DNA of 64,000 nucleotides from Octopus vulgaris (lineage: Eukaryota). The notes below the pieces were generated by a model, which saw only the letters and a program-made list of their open reading frames with translations, was not told where the DNA came from and did not search any database. The DNA lies in the NCBI GenBank assembly GCA_951406725.2, contig OX597826.1, positions 56,544,001 through 56,608,000 on the forward strand, in the 5' to 3' direction. Shown here piece after piece: positions 51,062-64,000 of the stretch (its first letter is position 1; each line of letters begins with the position of its first letter). The position numbers were made by a program, and so were the translations under genes.

Positions 51062-51247
51062 TTTAACATAGCGAGGAATGACTTGAAGCAGAATTGGCTG
51101 CTATTTTTAACATATTGAGGGCTTTTAATATTCCTCTCTGAATAAAAACTGAAAATTTGAGGCACAAAATAGAGTAAATATGTGGAGAGCATGAATCAAA
51201 CATCTCTCTCTCTTGTACAGTTTTTTTCTCTTGTTCAAACCCTTAGA

Positions 51248-51278
<31 letters not shown>

Positions 51279-51741
51279 TGTGGACGTGCATGCATTTTAT
51301 GAATATATATTTGGTATATACTGGAGTCAATTCATTCAGCTGTAGCTGTTCCCTAGAAATTTGTTATCATGTTCAAGTTAAAAATTACTGTAGTAATGAT
51401 GATTTCCTTGTTTAAATCCAGCCTACAATTATGTACACATGCAGAAATAAGAACAAGAACACACTATGACAATCATGGTAGTTACTATGAACACACCAAG
51501 AGTTTTGGTATGGTGGGGGGTGGGGGTGAGCTTGCAGGTCCAGAAGAAGGAGCAAGGATCTCCTAGACTGGTGAGATTCATTCTATTAAAGTTCCTCTTG
51601 AAATTCTGTATGTGAAAACCCAACAGAAAAGACCTGCATGGAGGAAATTCCAGAATAATGAGGATATTCTAGGAAGAAAGAACTAGACATAGTGAACAGT
51701 GCAGGGAATTAGGGATCTGCGGGGATGGATGGGCAAAAAAC

Positions 51742-51772
<31 letters not shown>

Positions 51773-52324
51773 AAATAGGATATCTCTCAACAATCGAAGA
51801 TCAAATTATTTGAAACATAATGTAAAAGTAAATGCTGAAATATTTTTTCATTTGCAAAGGTCAAAACATTATTACTTTATTCCCCTTCTCCACGAAATAT
51901 AGCACTATGTCCCAATGTAAGAAATTATTATCATCATTATTGAGTCACAGGGTGACAACTTTCAAAATCTACAGAATGTTGGGCAAAATGCATTGCAATA
52001 TTTACTCGTGATACTTTACAATCTGACTTTGAATCCAATCGAGTCTGACATTGCTTATATTCTTTTGAAGCAAAAAACATAATTCTTGGTCAAATACTAG
52101 GAGTTGATTTTTATTAACATTGCCAAAACTTTGTGGCTTCCCGCATAGATTTTTAAATCTTTATTATCATGTGCTGTATTGTGTCAGTGAAAATGAAGGT
52201 TTTTGCTTTCATATACACCACATTCCTGGCAATAATGTTGATAAAATTCTTCAGGCAATAACATCTGTAAAGTTTTTCTCTAGGCATTCCTTCAAAATGG
52301 AAATTTTTTCCCCAATATATATTA

Positions 52325-52820
52325 TCTATTTATTTGTCTATCTATCTATCTATCTATCTATGTACCTATGTCTATCTATCTATGTATCTATCTATCTATG
52401 TATCTATCTATCTATGTCTATCTATCTATGTCTATCTATCTATGTCTATCTATCTATCTATCTATCTATCTCCCCTTTTTTCTTCTTTTTTCATTTCTCT
52501 TTCCTTTTGTTCCTTTTCCTTTTCTTTTCTTTTTATTCTTATTTTATTCAATTTTTTTTTTGTTTTTGTTCTTTTCTTCCCTTTTACGATCCCTCTTGAT
52601 CGAAAACCTACGCCACCCCCTTTTTTTTCTTTTGTTTTTTGTTCTCTTCATCCCCCAAAAGAAAAGCTCTACCTTGTAACTTGTCCCATCTGTGTGCAGC
52701 CCTGTGTGGCCAATAAAGAAACTTATCTATCTATGTCTATGTATCTATGTCTATCTATCTATCTATGTCTATCTATCTATCAATCTATGTATCTATGTCT
52801 ATCAATGTATCTATTTATCT
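52325..52820. repeat. (TCTA)n-type microsatellites flanking a pyrimidine-rich tract
   Basis: tctatctatc/tatg runs at 52325-52470 and 52723-52820. Confidence 0.85.
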
Positions 52821-54499
52821 GTGAGTGTAGAGGTGGGTATTCATTTATGAGAAATAAAGACATCACAGTCACTACTCTGAGTTTCGTGTCATAACAGGAA
52901 ACTTCAGAGTTGTGATGGTGTTAAGCCTCAGCTTTAAATAAATAAAATCTGCTAGATATACATCCAAAACTCATACATGCAATGATTGAATATGAAGAGA
53001 ACATTAAATGATGTGTCAATCTTCAAGTAAACAAATATCTTTATGAAAGACAGAATCCGAGAATGTTGTGGGAGGGCTAGATTAAAGGTTTAGAAATAGA
53101 AGAGACAGAAGAAGGAGGCTGGGGATAAATGCATATAGTTGGGGTCAGTGCAAGCAAATAAGAAAACTAGAGACAAACTATTAGAGAAAGAAAGAATGAT
53201 AGATAGATAGAAAAGAAGCTGTAACCTAACAAGGCTGATGACATACAAGTCTTGAGGTGTATGTGTGTGTGTGATTATGTGATTGTGTGTGTGTGTGTGT
53301 TTGGAAAGATTGGATTGTGTGTGAGATAAGGATGGAATGGCAAAGGATGTCAGACTAACCAAGGAAAAATGGTTGAGTTGTCTGCCATAGTTTAGAAGAG
53401 TGAGAAGGAGGGAGGGAGGAAGGGAGTGTTGGTATGTCTCATTCAAAATGAAAGGTGGAGGTGGTCGGCTGTAGCAGAACTAAAATATAGATAGATAGAT
53501 AGGTAGGTAGGTAGATGGATGGATGAATGGATGGATGGATAGAAGGCTGAAAAGACATTCATTTACAGACATCTATGTAAGTGTATGATGTGTGCATGTG
53601 TGTGTATGTGTGTGTGTGTGTGTGGCAAGGAGAGGAATTGGTTAGCACGATTGTTGGTGTTGTATGAGAATTGTGTGTCTGTATGCAGAATCTCATATTT
53701 GTATGTTAGAAAGATGCATGTCAGTATCTGCATATACTCTGTGTGTATGTGTGTGTGTGTGTGTGTGTGTGAGCGCGCGTGCACATGAGACAGTTTGCAC
53801 AAAGGAAAATGGCTCAGTAGAGAATGCATGCTAGAAAGTAAGACGTGTTATGAATGAAAAGTATAAAGAGAGAAAGAGATACAAAGAGAGGAAGAGAGAG
53901 AGAGAGAGAGAGAAAGAAAGAGAGATAGAGAGAGATAGAGAAATAAATAGAGTGATAGAAAGAGAGGGAGAGAGAGAGAGTGGGGAGAGAGAAAGAGCGG
54001 CAAAGCGACAATGAGTCAGGCGTTGTTGCCTGCTACATGCTTGCATGCATGCATGCCAACTGTCAAAGATAGTAGTGGTTGCAGTAGCAGTGGTATTCAT
54101 GATGGTGGTGGTAGTGGTGGTAGCAGAAGAAGTGGTGGTGATGATGATGCTAGCGCTGATATTGGTTGGTGGTGGCAGTGGCAGCAAGGGAAATGGTGGC
54201 AAGCCTTACTCTATGCTGTTGCCATAGAGATGAAGAATGTTACACGTCTTTTGCTTGCCTCTAGTTTACCACTCTTTGCTCTTCAGTTCTTCATCAGAAT
54301 AGAATCAATTATAACAAAAGTAACTACCTCAAAAGCTTATCTAATTATATATAGAGATGCGTATGTGTGTGTGTGTGTGTGTGTGTGGGAGTTGGTGTAC
54401 ACATTCATATCTGTAAACTCTCAGATGTATATGTGTAATATATATTCAAATGTGTGTGTGTGTATGTGTGTATATGTACACACATATACATATATATAT

Positions 54500-54900
54500 A
54501 TATATATATACACAAATCTATATATATCATTTATAAACACACCTACACATATACATCCATATGAACGTAAGTATATATACATATACAAATACACATGCAT
54601 ATATACATATATAAATACACATACATATATATATATACATATATACACAAATCTATATATATCATATATAAACACACCTACACATATACATCCATATGAA
54701 CGTATGTATATATACATATACAAACACACATGCATATATACATATATAAATGCACATACATATATATATACATATATATATACACAAATCTATATATATC
54801 ATATATAAACACACCTACACATATACATTCATATGAACGTATGTATATGCACATATACAAACACACATGCATATATACATATATAAATACACACACACAC
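54500..54900. repeat. Minisatellite of three ~136-bp units built from TA/CA microsatellite sequence
   Basis: cacaaatctatatatatcat..aaacacacctacacatatacat..atatgaacgta recurs at 54511, 54646 and 54783. Confidence 0.85.
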
Positions 54901-55021
54901 ACACACATGTATATTTTTATATAGATAGGTAAATAGATTCATACAAAAATGTGTGTGTACATAACTGTGTATTAAAAGAAATAGAAATATATAAGTGTAT
55001 GCCTAAATCTACACAATCAAA

Positions 55022-55057
<36 letters not shown>

Positions 55058-55934
55058 CGATGAAAGTTACTTCATAAACACACCAACAAATTGGCCTAGT
55101 TATGTGTTTGTCTTACACAGACAAACACACACACACATTCACATTTAAGTGTATATGAATGTGTATGCATGAAACTTACACACGAGAATGCTTATCAAAA
55201 TATGCGTTTCTTATATGTTTTGAATCTCATGTGCATCACACACATGCACACACACACACGAACACACACACAGAATACTTGCAGCAGATTACAGTAAAGC
55301 ATTCATGAGGTGTGATGTGTGAAACTTAAGGTATGAATTTCGATTCATAGTTAGCACATACTTGCATGCACAATGCACGCACAGACTGGAAATTGCACTT
55401 GCTACTCAGCATAGCTATGCATATGCATGTTATACGAATGACACAAACACGCACACATACACCGTGTGTCCATAACTAGGGTAGAATTTAAAGATTAATT
55501 TGTTTAAAGATATATTACTTTTATGCAAGTCTGTATCCTTAAATCCTTAAAATCCTTAAAAATGTTTTAGCCCGAAGGCTGTGGCCATGCTGGGGCACCA
55601 CCGCTGTATATACATATATTTATTCAAAATTTGTGCATCCCAGTTTTAGAATAGGTCACCATAGTCTAGTGTACTGTAAGAGATGATTAAGAGGATTAGT
55701 GAAAGGAAGGGCAACTGGCCATAAAACATTGCTTCAAAAAGTTCCATATAATCCATGTAAGCATGGAAAAGTGACCATGATTATATAGATGGTTTTTTTT
55801 TTTGTTATTTTTTTGTCAATAATCGACAGAACTTACAGAGTGATTCAAGGGCTGAAAGTTTTGTGTGTTGGCAGTTATCAACGCACAAAACTCTTGGCCT
55901 TTGTGTCACTCTAAATTCTGCTGATTATTTATTA

Positions 55935-56016
<82 letters not shown>

Positions 56017-56085
56017 GATGTTGGTGCTGAGGCAAAGGGCAGTGCCCTAGCATGCCCACAGCCATTGAACTGGAACACATGATAT

Positions 56086-56129
<44 letters not shown>

Positions 56130-56150
56130 CACAATATATATATATATATA

Positions 56151-56296
56151 TATATATCCACACACACACACATACACACAAGCATGCATACACACACACT
56201 TTGACACACACACATGTGTGTGTGTCAAAGTGTGTGTGTATGCATGCTTGTGTGTATGCATGCTTGTGTGTATGTGTGTGTGTGTGTGGATATATA
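56151..56296. repeat. Loop-less palindrome (44-bp perfect arms, 56171-56258)
   Basis: catacacacaagcatgcatacacacacactttgacacacacaca|tgtgtgtgtgtcaaagtgtgtgtgtatgcatgcttgtgtgtatg. Confidence 0.85.
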
Positions 56297-57108
56297 CACA
56301 CAAATATATTTATACATAATAAGCATGTGTGTCACTACATGAATACAGAGATAAACGAACATCTCTGTATGAGTGTGTGCATTTGTGTGTGTGTGTGGTT
56401 AAATAGTGTCAGCACCTGTAACTGCTACCTCAGTCCCAAGAAGTCAAATTGAATTAGTAGCCAAGCTGCAACCTGTATTATTGTAGAGAGGGACACCTAG
56501 TTATAAGAAAATCTAATTTGGTCTTCTTCTTGCTAGTAGAGTGCCATAGTTGTTGATTAACTCTGGCTGCCAGTCAATCTCATAGCAAATACACAATTCT
56601 AATATACTGATGCACATTGGCTGCATGTGCATATGCATGCGCACGCACAGAGTTATCTGTGTCTGTATCTATAAAAATATTTAGACATACATACATGCAC
56701 AGCTCTGCAAGCTACACATATAGCTTATTAGGAATTTGCATACATAATGTGCATGTGTATGCATATATATATACACAGGTACACACATATAAACATACAC
56801 ACACCTGCACACACACACACGCACACACACACACAGTGTAGTTTCTTTATAACTGCAGCCCTCTCTTAAGACAAATTTGGATATAACCGGATGAGTCACC
56901 AGACCCCCTTTTTTTTGTGTGACCTTTCCGGATTTTCTTGAACCCTGATTTAGTGTGACCCTGGTTTTTCTGTGATGACATTTTATGGAATCCAATGATT
57001 GAATTATAAATGAATTGCATCAATATATATGTATATATTAAATATGTGCAACTATGTGTATGTTTGTGTGTGTATATATAAATGTGTGTATATATAAATA
57101 TATGTATG

Positions 57109-57142
<34 letters not shown>

Positions 57143-57790
57143 TGTATGTATGTATGTATGTGTGTGTGTATGTATGTATGCATTTGTATATGCATTGTAT
57201 TTGTGTGATAGCATATAACATATATATGCATATTATACCTTTTCCCAAGAATGTATGTGAGAATATGTATAATACACACACTCACCAACACTCCCCACCA
57301 TACACACAGTCAGTTCCAAACAGAAAATCACATATGCATTGAAACAATATATTTTCCAGAGAAGCTCTAAGATGCTACTACTGTCAAAATAAGAGATCTT
57401 TATAAGAAAACAGAAAAAGGAAAAAAGATATATTAAGTCTTTCTGACACTTAATATTTCCTTAATTTCCCACATAACCATCATATTTTTTTTTTCTCTGC
57501 ATTAATATATCTTGTTTTTCCCTATAATGCCCTTTTAATCACAATTTTACGCATAGCTTCCGTTTTATATTTCTTAGCAAAGTGTTTTGTAGCGATGAAA
57601 TAACACACAGCCAAATAATGGATATGAATGAGATGTAAAAATAAAGCAGTTAAATAATAAGAAAATGTTACCAGTCTGACTAAGAAAGTGTCTTTTGCCC
57701 AAGTAGAGCAAAATAAGAGATGTAAATCATACTTAGAGAAACTTAGATGTTGCCTTGCTTCATAGCTTGCTATTAATTACTGAAGTAATA

Positions 57791-57844
<54 letters not shown>

Positions 57845-58130
57845 CAGGCATATATACATATACACATTCATTGCAAAACCTCTAATCCCTTACATAAAAA
57901 TGGACTTTTGTAACACTCCAAAAGTGACCTACCCCATTATTCTCTGGTAAATATAATTATTGTTTATAGAAGTGCTTCCCAAGGATTATACTATCCCAAC
58001 CAACTGACCTGCTATACACAAGCATGGACACATGCATGCTCACAAATACACACACTGTCATCATCATCAACATTTTCTGCATTCCATGGAGATATGTGTA
58101 TGAGCATATATATGCATGTGTGTGTATATA

Positions 58131-58210
<80 letters not shown>

Positions 58211-60153
58211 TGTATGTATGTATGTATGTATACACACTGACAGACATATTTTGCTTATGCTGATATATGAGTGTATGTATGTATTATTCTGATCCTTTTC
58301 TGATCTCCACCATTGGACTGTAGCTATGCAGGGACACTAGGCTTCAAGGGTACAACTAACTTAATTGATTCCATTACTCAACTAGTACATACTTTACTGA
58401 CCCTGGAATGTTAAGAGGTAAAGGAAATTTGGGTGTAATTAGGACAAAGAATGTAATGAGATCTAACCAAATACTACGAGGAATTTTGTCCAATGCCATA
58501 CTAGATCTGCTGTTCCTACTCATATATGTCTATGTGTCTGAAGAGGAAAGTCTTTAAAAATATGGGACAAACAAAATAATGTAATTCCCAATGAATTATA
58601 TCTGAAGACAGGATTGTCATGGCAGGAATGCCTTTTGCTCATAGGTCTCCTGGACGAAGGCTGACTTGGTTGGGGTCATACAATACTAACAATAGCAACA
58701 AAAGCAAGTAAGCAAACTTTTACAATGTAAAGGCATAAAAATGTTGTATATAGAATGTAGAGGATTTGGAGTAGAGATAGAATTGTAAACATATATTTTT
58801 ACAGCATACAATATGTATCACTGACTGGGATAAGGTCTATGGGTAATTAGGGTACTAGATGATAAGCTTAATTCATTATCATTGGAGTTGAACAACTGGT
58901 CAGTCCTGATTTGACAAGAATCTATGATCAGATGTCAATCCAGCTATGACAATTTAATATTCTTATATTTCAGTGATTGCATGTGGTAAGGTATGATATA
59001 AGGGAGTTTTATCTGGTTGGCTCAATGTCAAGAGATGATAGCCTGACCCTGTTGCTGAGTCAAGTTAAGCATTCAAAATATTTTGTTGCCAATAGCTGAA
59101 ACACACAAACTGCAACAAGGCCCTATGATAAGGAAACAGCACCATAAACTGTCCAAGAACCCGAGTTAGAAGTGAGGGATTTACCTTTTGAGTTGGGCTA
59201 TATTAGAAATGGGAACTGGTAGAGTCATCTGAGTGTTGGATAAATTACTTCTCAGTGTTTTATCTGACTACACATTGAGTTCAAATGCCACTATGGTCAA
59301 CTATGATTTTTGCCCTTTCATGGTCAGTAAAAGAAATGACCAATCCAGAGCAGTGGACTGGTAGAACTGTTAGAGGCCAGGTGAGATAACTTATGTTATC
59401 TGTTTTGGGTCCTTATGTTCTGACAGTAACATGTGCAATGACACTGATTCCAAGCTGTATGAGCTTGGGTGAGTAGCAGTGGTATAGAAAGTTGAGACTT
59501 ATATACATGACCAACTGCTAATCTTAAAAAAAGAACTCTTGCCTAGGCCTGCACATATATGTACAGACGGCATGGTCAACAGTAACCAGAGAAGACTCTA
59601 CTACAAAAACAGAAATGGTAATGGCCTCTGTTGGCAACAATAAGTGTATAGATGAGTCTCAAAGCAAGTTCACATATCATGAGATAAGCCAGAATGTTAA
59701 GCCACTTTCTGTCTTCATCACCCTTACAGCAATGGTACTTGCCAAACTCTTCAAGAACTCTCCTATAACAAAAGAATGACTAACTGGTTGAATAAAGAAA
59801 AACAAAAGGTACACTGACCAATGCTCCAGTGAACGTTTGATTTATAAACTCTCTTAATTTGGCTCTATAACTGTTGTTTTATTTGTTACATATGTTAGGT
59901 AGTCACAATAAAGAAGTCGTTCAGTGTATTAAACTAACATTACAAAGTCACTATTTGAACAGATTTGCTGTTGAAGATAGCAGTTCAGTGCTGAATACAA
60001 GATAAATTTTATATATTTGCTGTCAAATAATGTCCTTTGTTGTTGTTGTTGCTGAATCATAAAATAAATATTGGTGGATGTGCATACTTATAGACACACA
60101 ATACACATGTGTGTATATGTATATATGTAACACACACACACATTTGTATGTGT

Positions 60154-60214
<61 letters not shown>

Positions 60215-61618
60215 ACTGGTGTTATTGAAGTAAAAGAGAGCAGAAATGTCACAGATCAAAATTAAACCATCTAAGACAACAAAACCGTCAAAAATAAATA
60301 TGTAAACATTATAAAAAAAATAATAATAAACAACCAAGAATGGATATTGAGGATATTGAGAAACATTAACAATTATTCTCCCCGTCATCACCACCACCAC
60401 CACCACCACCACCACCATCTATATTTTTTTGCCCTCATAAGTTCAGCTTTAAAAAATATATATTACACACATACATACACAAACACTTAAAAAAGCACAA
60501 ACAAAAGCACAATAAAAACAAAGAGCCCACCACCACCACCACCACCACCACCATCACCACCATCACCAGCCCCAGTTCTTGCCTATGGTATAAATGGTGA
60601 TGTAGGCTATAGGAATTTCTGCTGTTGATTAATGTTTCTGTCTGAGGAGAAGAAGCCTTAATAGAAAATTGATTCCTTTTGATAGTTGCAAGATAAAGAT
60701 AGTTCTTTAATCAGGGGGAAGACAATTTGGTTTTACGTTGATCTCTTTCTTTGTATTTTTGTCTTCTTGTTTTATTTTTTTTTCTTGATTTCTTTTTTCT
60801 ACTTGTTTTGCTTATTACCCTCCCAAACCATCATCGCAATCACCACCACCACCACCACCACCACCACCACCACCACCACTACCACCACAAATACCACTGC
60901 TCATATTTTTTTTTTTTTTAAATTAATTTTTTATTTTATTTTATAAAGATTTCTTTTATTTTTAAATTGGTGAAATAATGATAATAAATGGTTTGAAATA
61001 TAAAAGAAAAAATGAAATTATGAAAAAAAAAAAGATAAAAATGAATATATAAATATAATGGAAAAAATAATACATGAAAGTTCATTTATTTGTTTGTTTT
61101 TTATATTTCTTTTTTAAAATTCATTGATTTTACTTAATATTCTATATATGATCAACTATAATTTGTGCTAGTCATTTTTATTTCATTTTATTTTACTTTG
61201 TGTTTGAATATTTTGCGTTAAACCTGTCATTGTTATTATTATTATTGAAAAGCTTGATTTTTGGTCAATAATCTGTATAAAGACAAGAAACATTGTTTGC
61301 TAAGTTGAATAATAATTTTTGTAGTTTACATGAACAATTTGAAGAAGAGAACACAAACAAAACATGTACAAAATGAAAATAACACACATACACACACACG
61401 CAACAAAAAAAAATAGAGTTCCTGATTAGAGAGAGAAAAAAATATTTCAAAAAATAAGAAGAAAGAAAGACAGAAAGAAGTGGAAGTAAGTGGGGAAAGA
61501 AGGAGAAGGAAAATGTAAATAAATACAATAGAACTTAAGAATTTGGTGTTTTCACACTAGCGGAAAACAGATTATTTAATTACCATTTACTATAAACATT
61601 TACCAAGAGAAAAATGCC

Positions 61619-61676
<58 letters not shown>

Positions 61677-61867
61677 GACACACACACATCTATATATACA
61701 TACATATATATATATACACATACATATATATATATATACATACACACACACACATATATACATACATACACACACACACATATATATATACATACACACA
61801 CACATATATATATACATACACACACACACATATATACATACATACATACACACATACATATATACAT

Positions 61868-61915
<48 letters not shown>

Positions 61916-64000
61916 ACACACACACACACACATACGAAAACCTGTTAAGTAAACAAACAGAAAATACTGTATGTAATTTTTAAAATGTGGGAATATTTTG
62001 GAAAGGATGAAAAGAAAGAAAGATTTATTTTTTTGTATATTTCTTTTTACTTTATCTCATTTGTTTATTTAGAAGACATTAATTTACTTCTCATTAATTG
62101 TTATTGAGTAAAATCTGTTGTGGTTGTAGTACTAATAGTAATGGTTAAGAAGAATAAGAAGAATGAGAAGGAGGAGGTGGTTGTGGCACCAGTGGTGATG
62201 ACAAAGAAGGCACTGTACTAGTGCACGTTGTAACTTCCATGTTCTTACAATTTTTCGGCCAATTTTTCCATTGAATGTTGAAGCCAGTAGGGAAGAAGTA
62301 GTTTAGGAGAAAGAAAGTTTGGATCTTTTGGGGATAAAAATGAAGAAATAAAGGAACAATAAACTGGAATGTGCCATAAGATACTTCGAGTAATAAAACT
62401 TTGGTCTGTCTCTGGCTAGCTTTTTTCTTTTTTTTTTATAATCATGTGTTTATTTTGTAAGTTTTGTTCTTTAAATTTAATTTCATTTCAGTTATCCAGC
62501 CTTCCCCCAACAATAAATAAATTTTCGTATGAGAGGCAGAATGACTAGAGATAAATTTGTTTATATCACCAATGCTTGTCAAGCCATGGATCTTCAGAGG
62601 AAGGAAGGGAATGTTAGAGAACTGGAAAGCAAACTAACCAGATTACAAGTCATTTCTTCTGCTATTTCTTGAGAGAGGAAACAGGGTTTGGGAAGAAGGA
62701 GGGAGGGTTGGGAAATGAGAGGTGGAAGCCCTCCCATTCCTTCCATCAGAGGGGAAAGAAGAGAGTCAGAGAAAAAGAAGAGAGTCGGTGGTAGTGGGGT
62801 CAGCAGAACATGTTGCTGGACCTTCCTTTGTTTCATTTGGTTTTAAGACTTCCACAGCACATTGCATGTATGTGCCTATCTATACATGCGTGTAGCAATG
62901 GCGTGTGAAGGGGGAAGAAGCCAGGAGGGGAGAGTTAATTGAACATGTTCAGCAACACTAATGAAACCCTATAAAATAAATGCTCCTCCTACTCGCCTAC
63001 CCCAGAGGGAATAATAAAATGTCTAGGCACATTTACTGTGCCCAGACACACATGCCCCTCTAGCCTGCCCCACCAACTACCCTGTAGGGAGCTGGCAGAG
63101 AAGAAAGAAAAAAAGCACTCAGAAGTTTTTAGAAGTCCACTCACAGTGCACGTGCATTTATGTGTAGTGCAGATGTGCATGTGTCTGTGGGTGGGTGTGG
63201 GTTATATTAAGAGAACACAAGGAGAGAAATGCTTAACAATACTGATAAAAAAAACCCCACTTTTCTATGCACATATGCACAAAGGGAAGCTTCTAAATGG
63301 TTAGTTGATCTGCTAGAAATAGCAGCCAAATTTCCCTTATATCACCTTATAGCATCTTAGAAAAGGTGATGACATAGAATGTGCATGAGAAAACGAAAAG
63401 TCTATACATGGCTAGACTGGGTTTTGATTATAGGCCTGTCTGCTTTGTTAGGGTTAACCCGGGGCTAATCAACATTTTAATAATTCAAGACTTATTATTA
63501 TAGAATTTTCAGATTCTTGACTTGCAGTTTGCTCCTCCCCAACATTATTGCTGTTGCTGTTGTTATTAATTATCATTATTATTATTATTATTATTAGCAT
63601 CATCATCATCTACACAGCAGCAGCAGCATGATATCAGACGAAATGGTGGAAGATTGGCAGAAAGTGTAAAGTATCAGATAAAAATGCCTTGTATTTAGTT
63701 GTCCTTTCGGTTCTGATTTCAAAATCTTGTCAAGATCAACTCTGCATTTTATCCTCGAAAGGAGAATCAGTAATTTGGGTACTGGTCTAGAGGTTAATTT
63801 AATTAGTGGCTTCTATCCCCACCCTACCCCGAACAGTGTTGTTCTACCTATATTAGAAATTAAAATTATTATGATGGCAGAATTGTTAGAACATTGGACA
63901 TAATGCTTAGTGGTTTTACATTCTGGGTTCAAATTCTGCAGAAGTTGACTTTGCCTTTAATCCTTTAGGGCATGCATAGGCAACATGTGGCCCATGGGCC

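Overview
AT-rich, microsatellite-saturated animal DNA. The repeat families (tRNA-headed/CORE-like SINEs, RTE-LINE 3' ends with (GAT)n tails, TTAA-flanked MITEs) strongly suggest an octopus (coleoid cephalopod) genome. This is inferred from pattern recognition, not from a search. Nearly all listed ORFs are microsatellite or repeat artefacts. The one host gene I can support is a minus-strand ephrin. Four spliced coding exons (46624-46453, 43684-43529, 42904-42704, 40468-40299; 699 nt including stop, phases 0/1/1/1) encode the C-terminal part of an ephrin-B-like receptor-binding domain, a Thr-rich stalk and a GPI-anchor-type C-terminus. Its 5' exons were not found and probably lie beyond position 64000. 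Mobile elements include a dead full-length DD37D (maT) mariner, a young non-autonomous Helitron, piggyBac-type MITEs, RTE fragments, several SINE families and probable Penelope-like relics. The most interesting candidates are two hammerhead-ribozyme-like relics, tandem pseudoknot-like units in the RTE 3' UTR, long fold-back palindromes in and downstream of the ephrin gene, a possible ~22 kb 3' UTR, and possible alternative ephrin splice choices. I cannot demonstrate a wholly new biological system. All coordinates were read by hand, and repeat boundaries are approximate.
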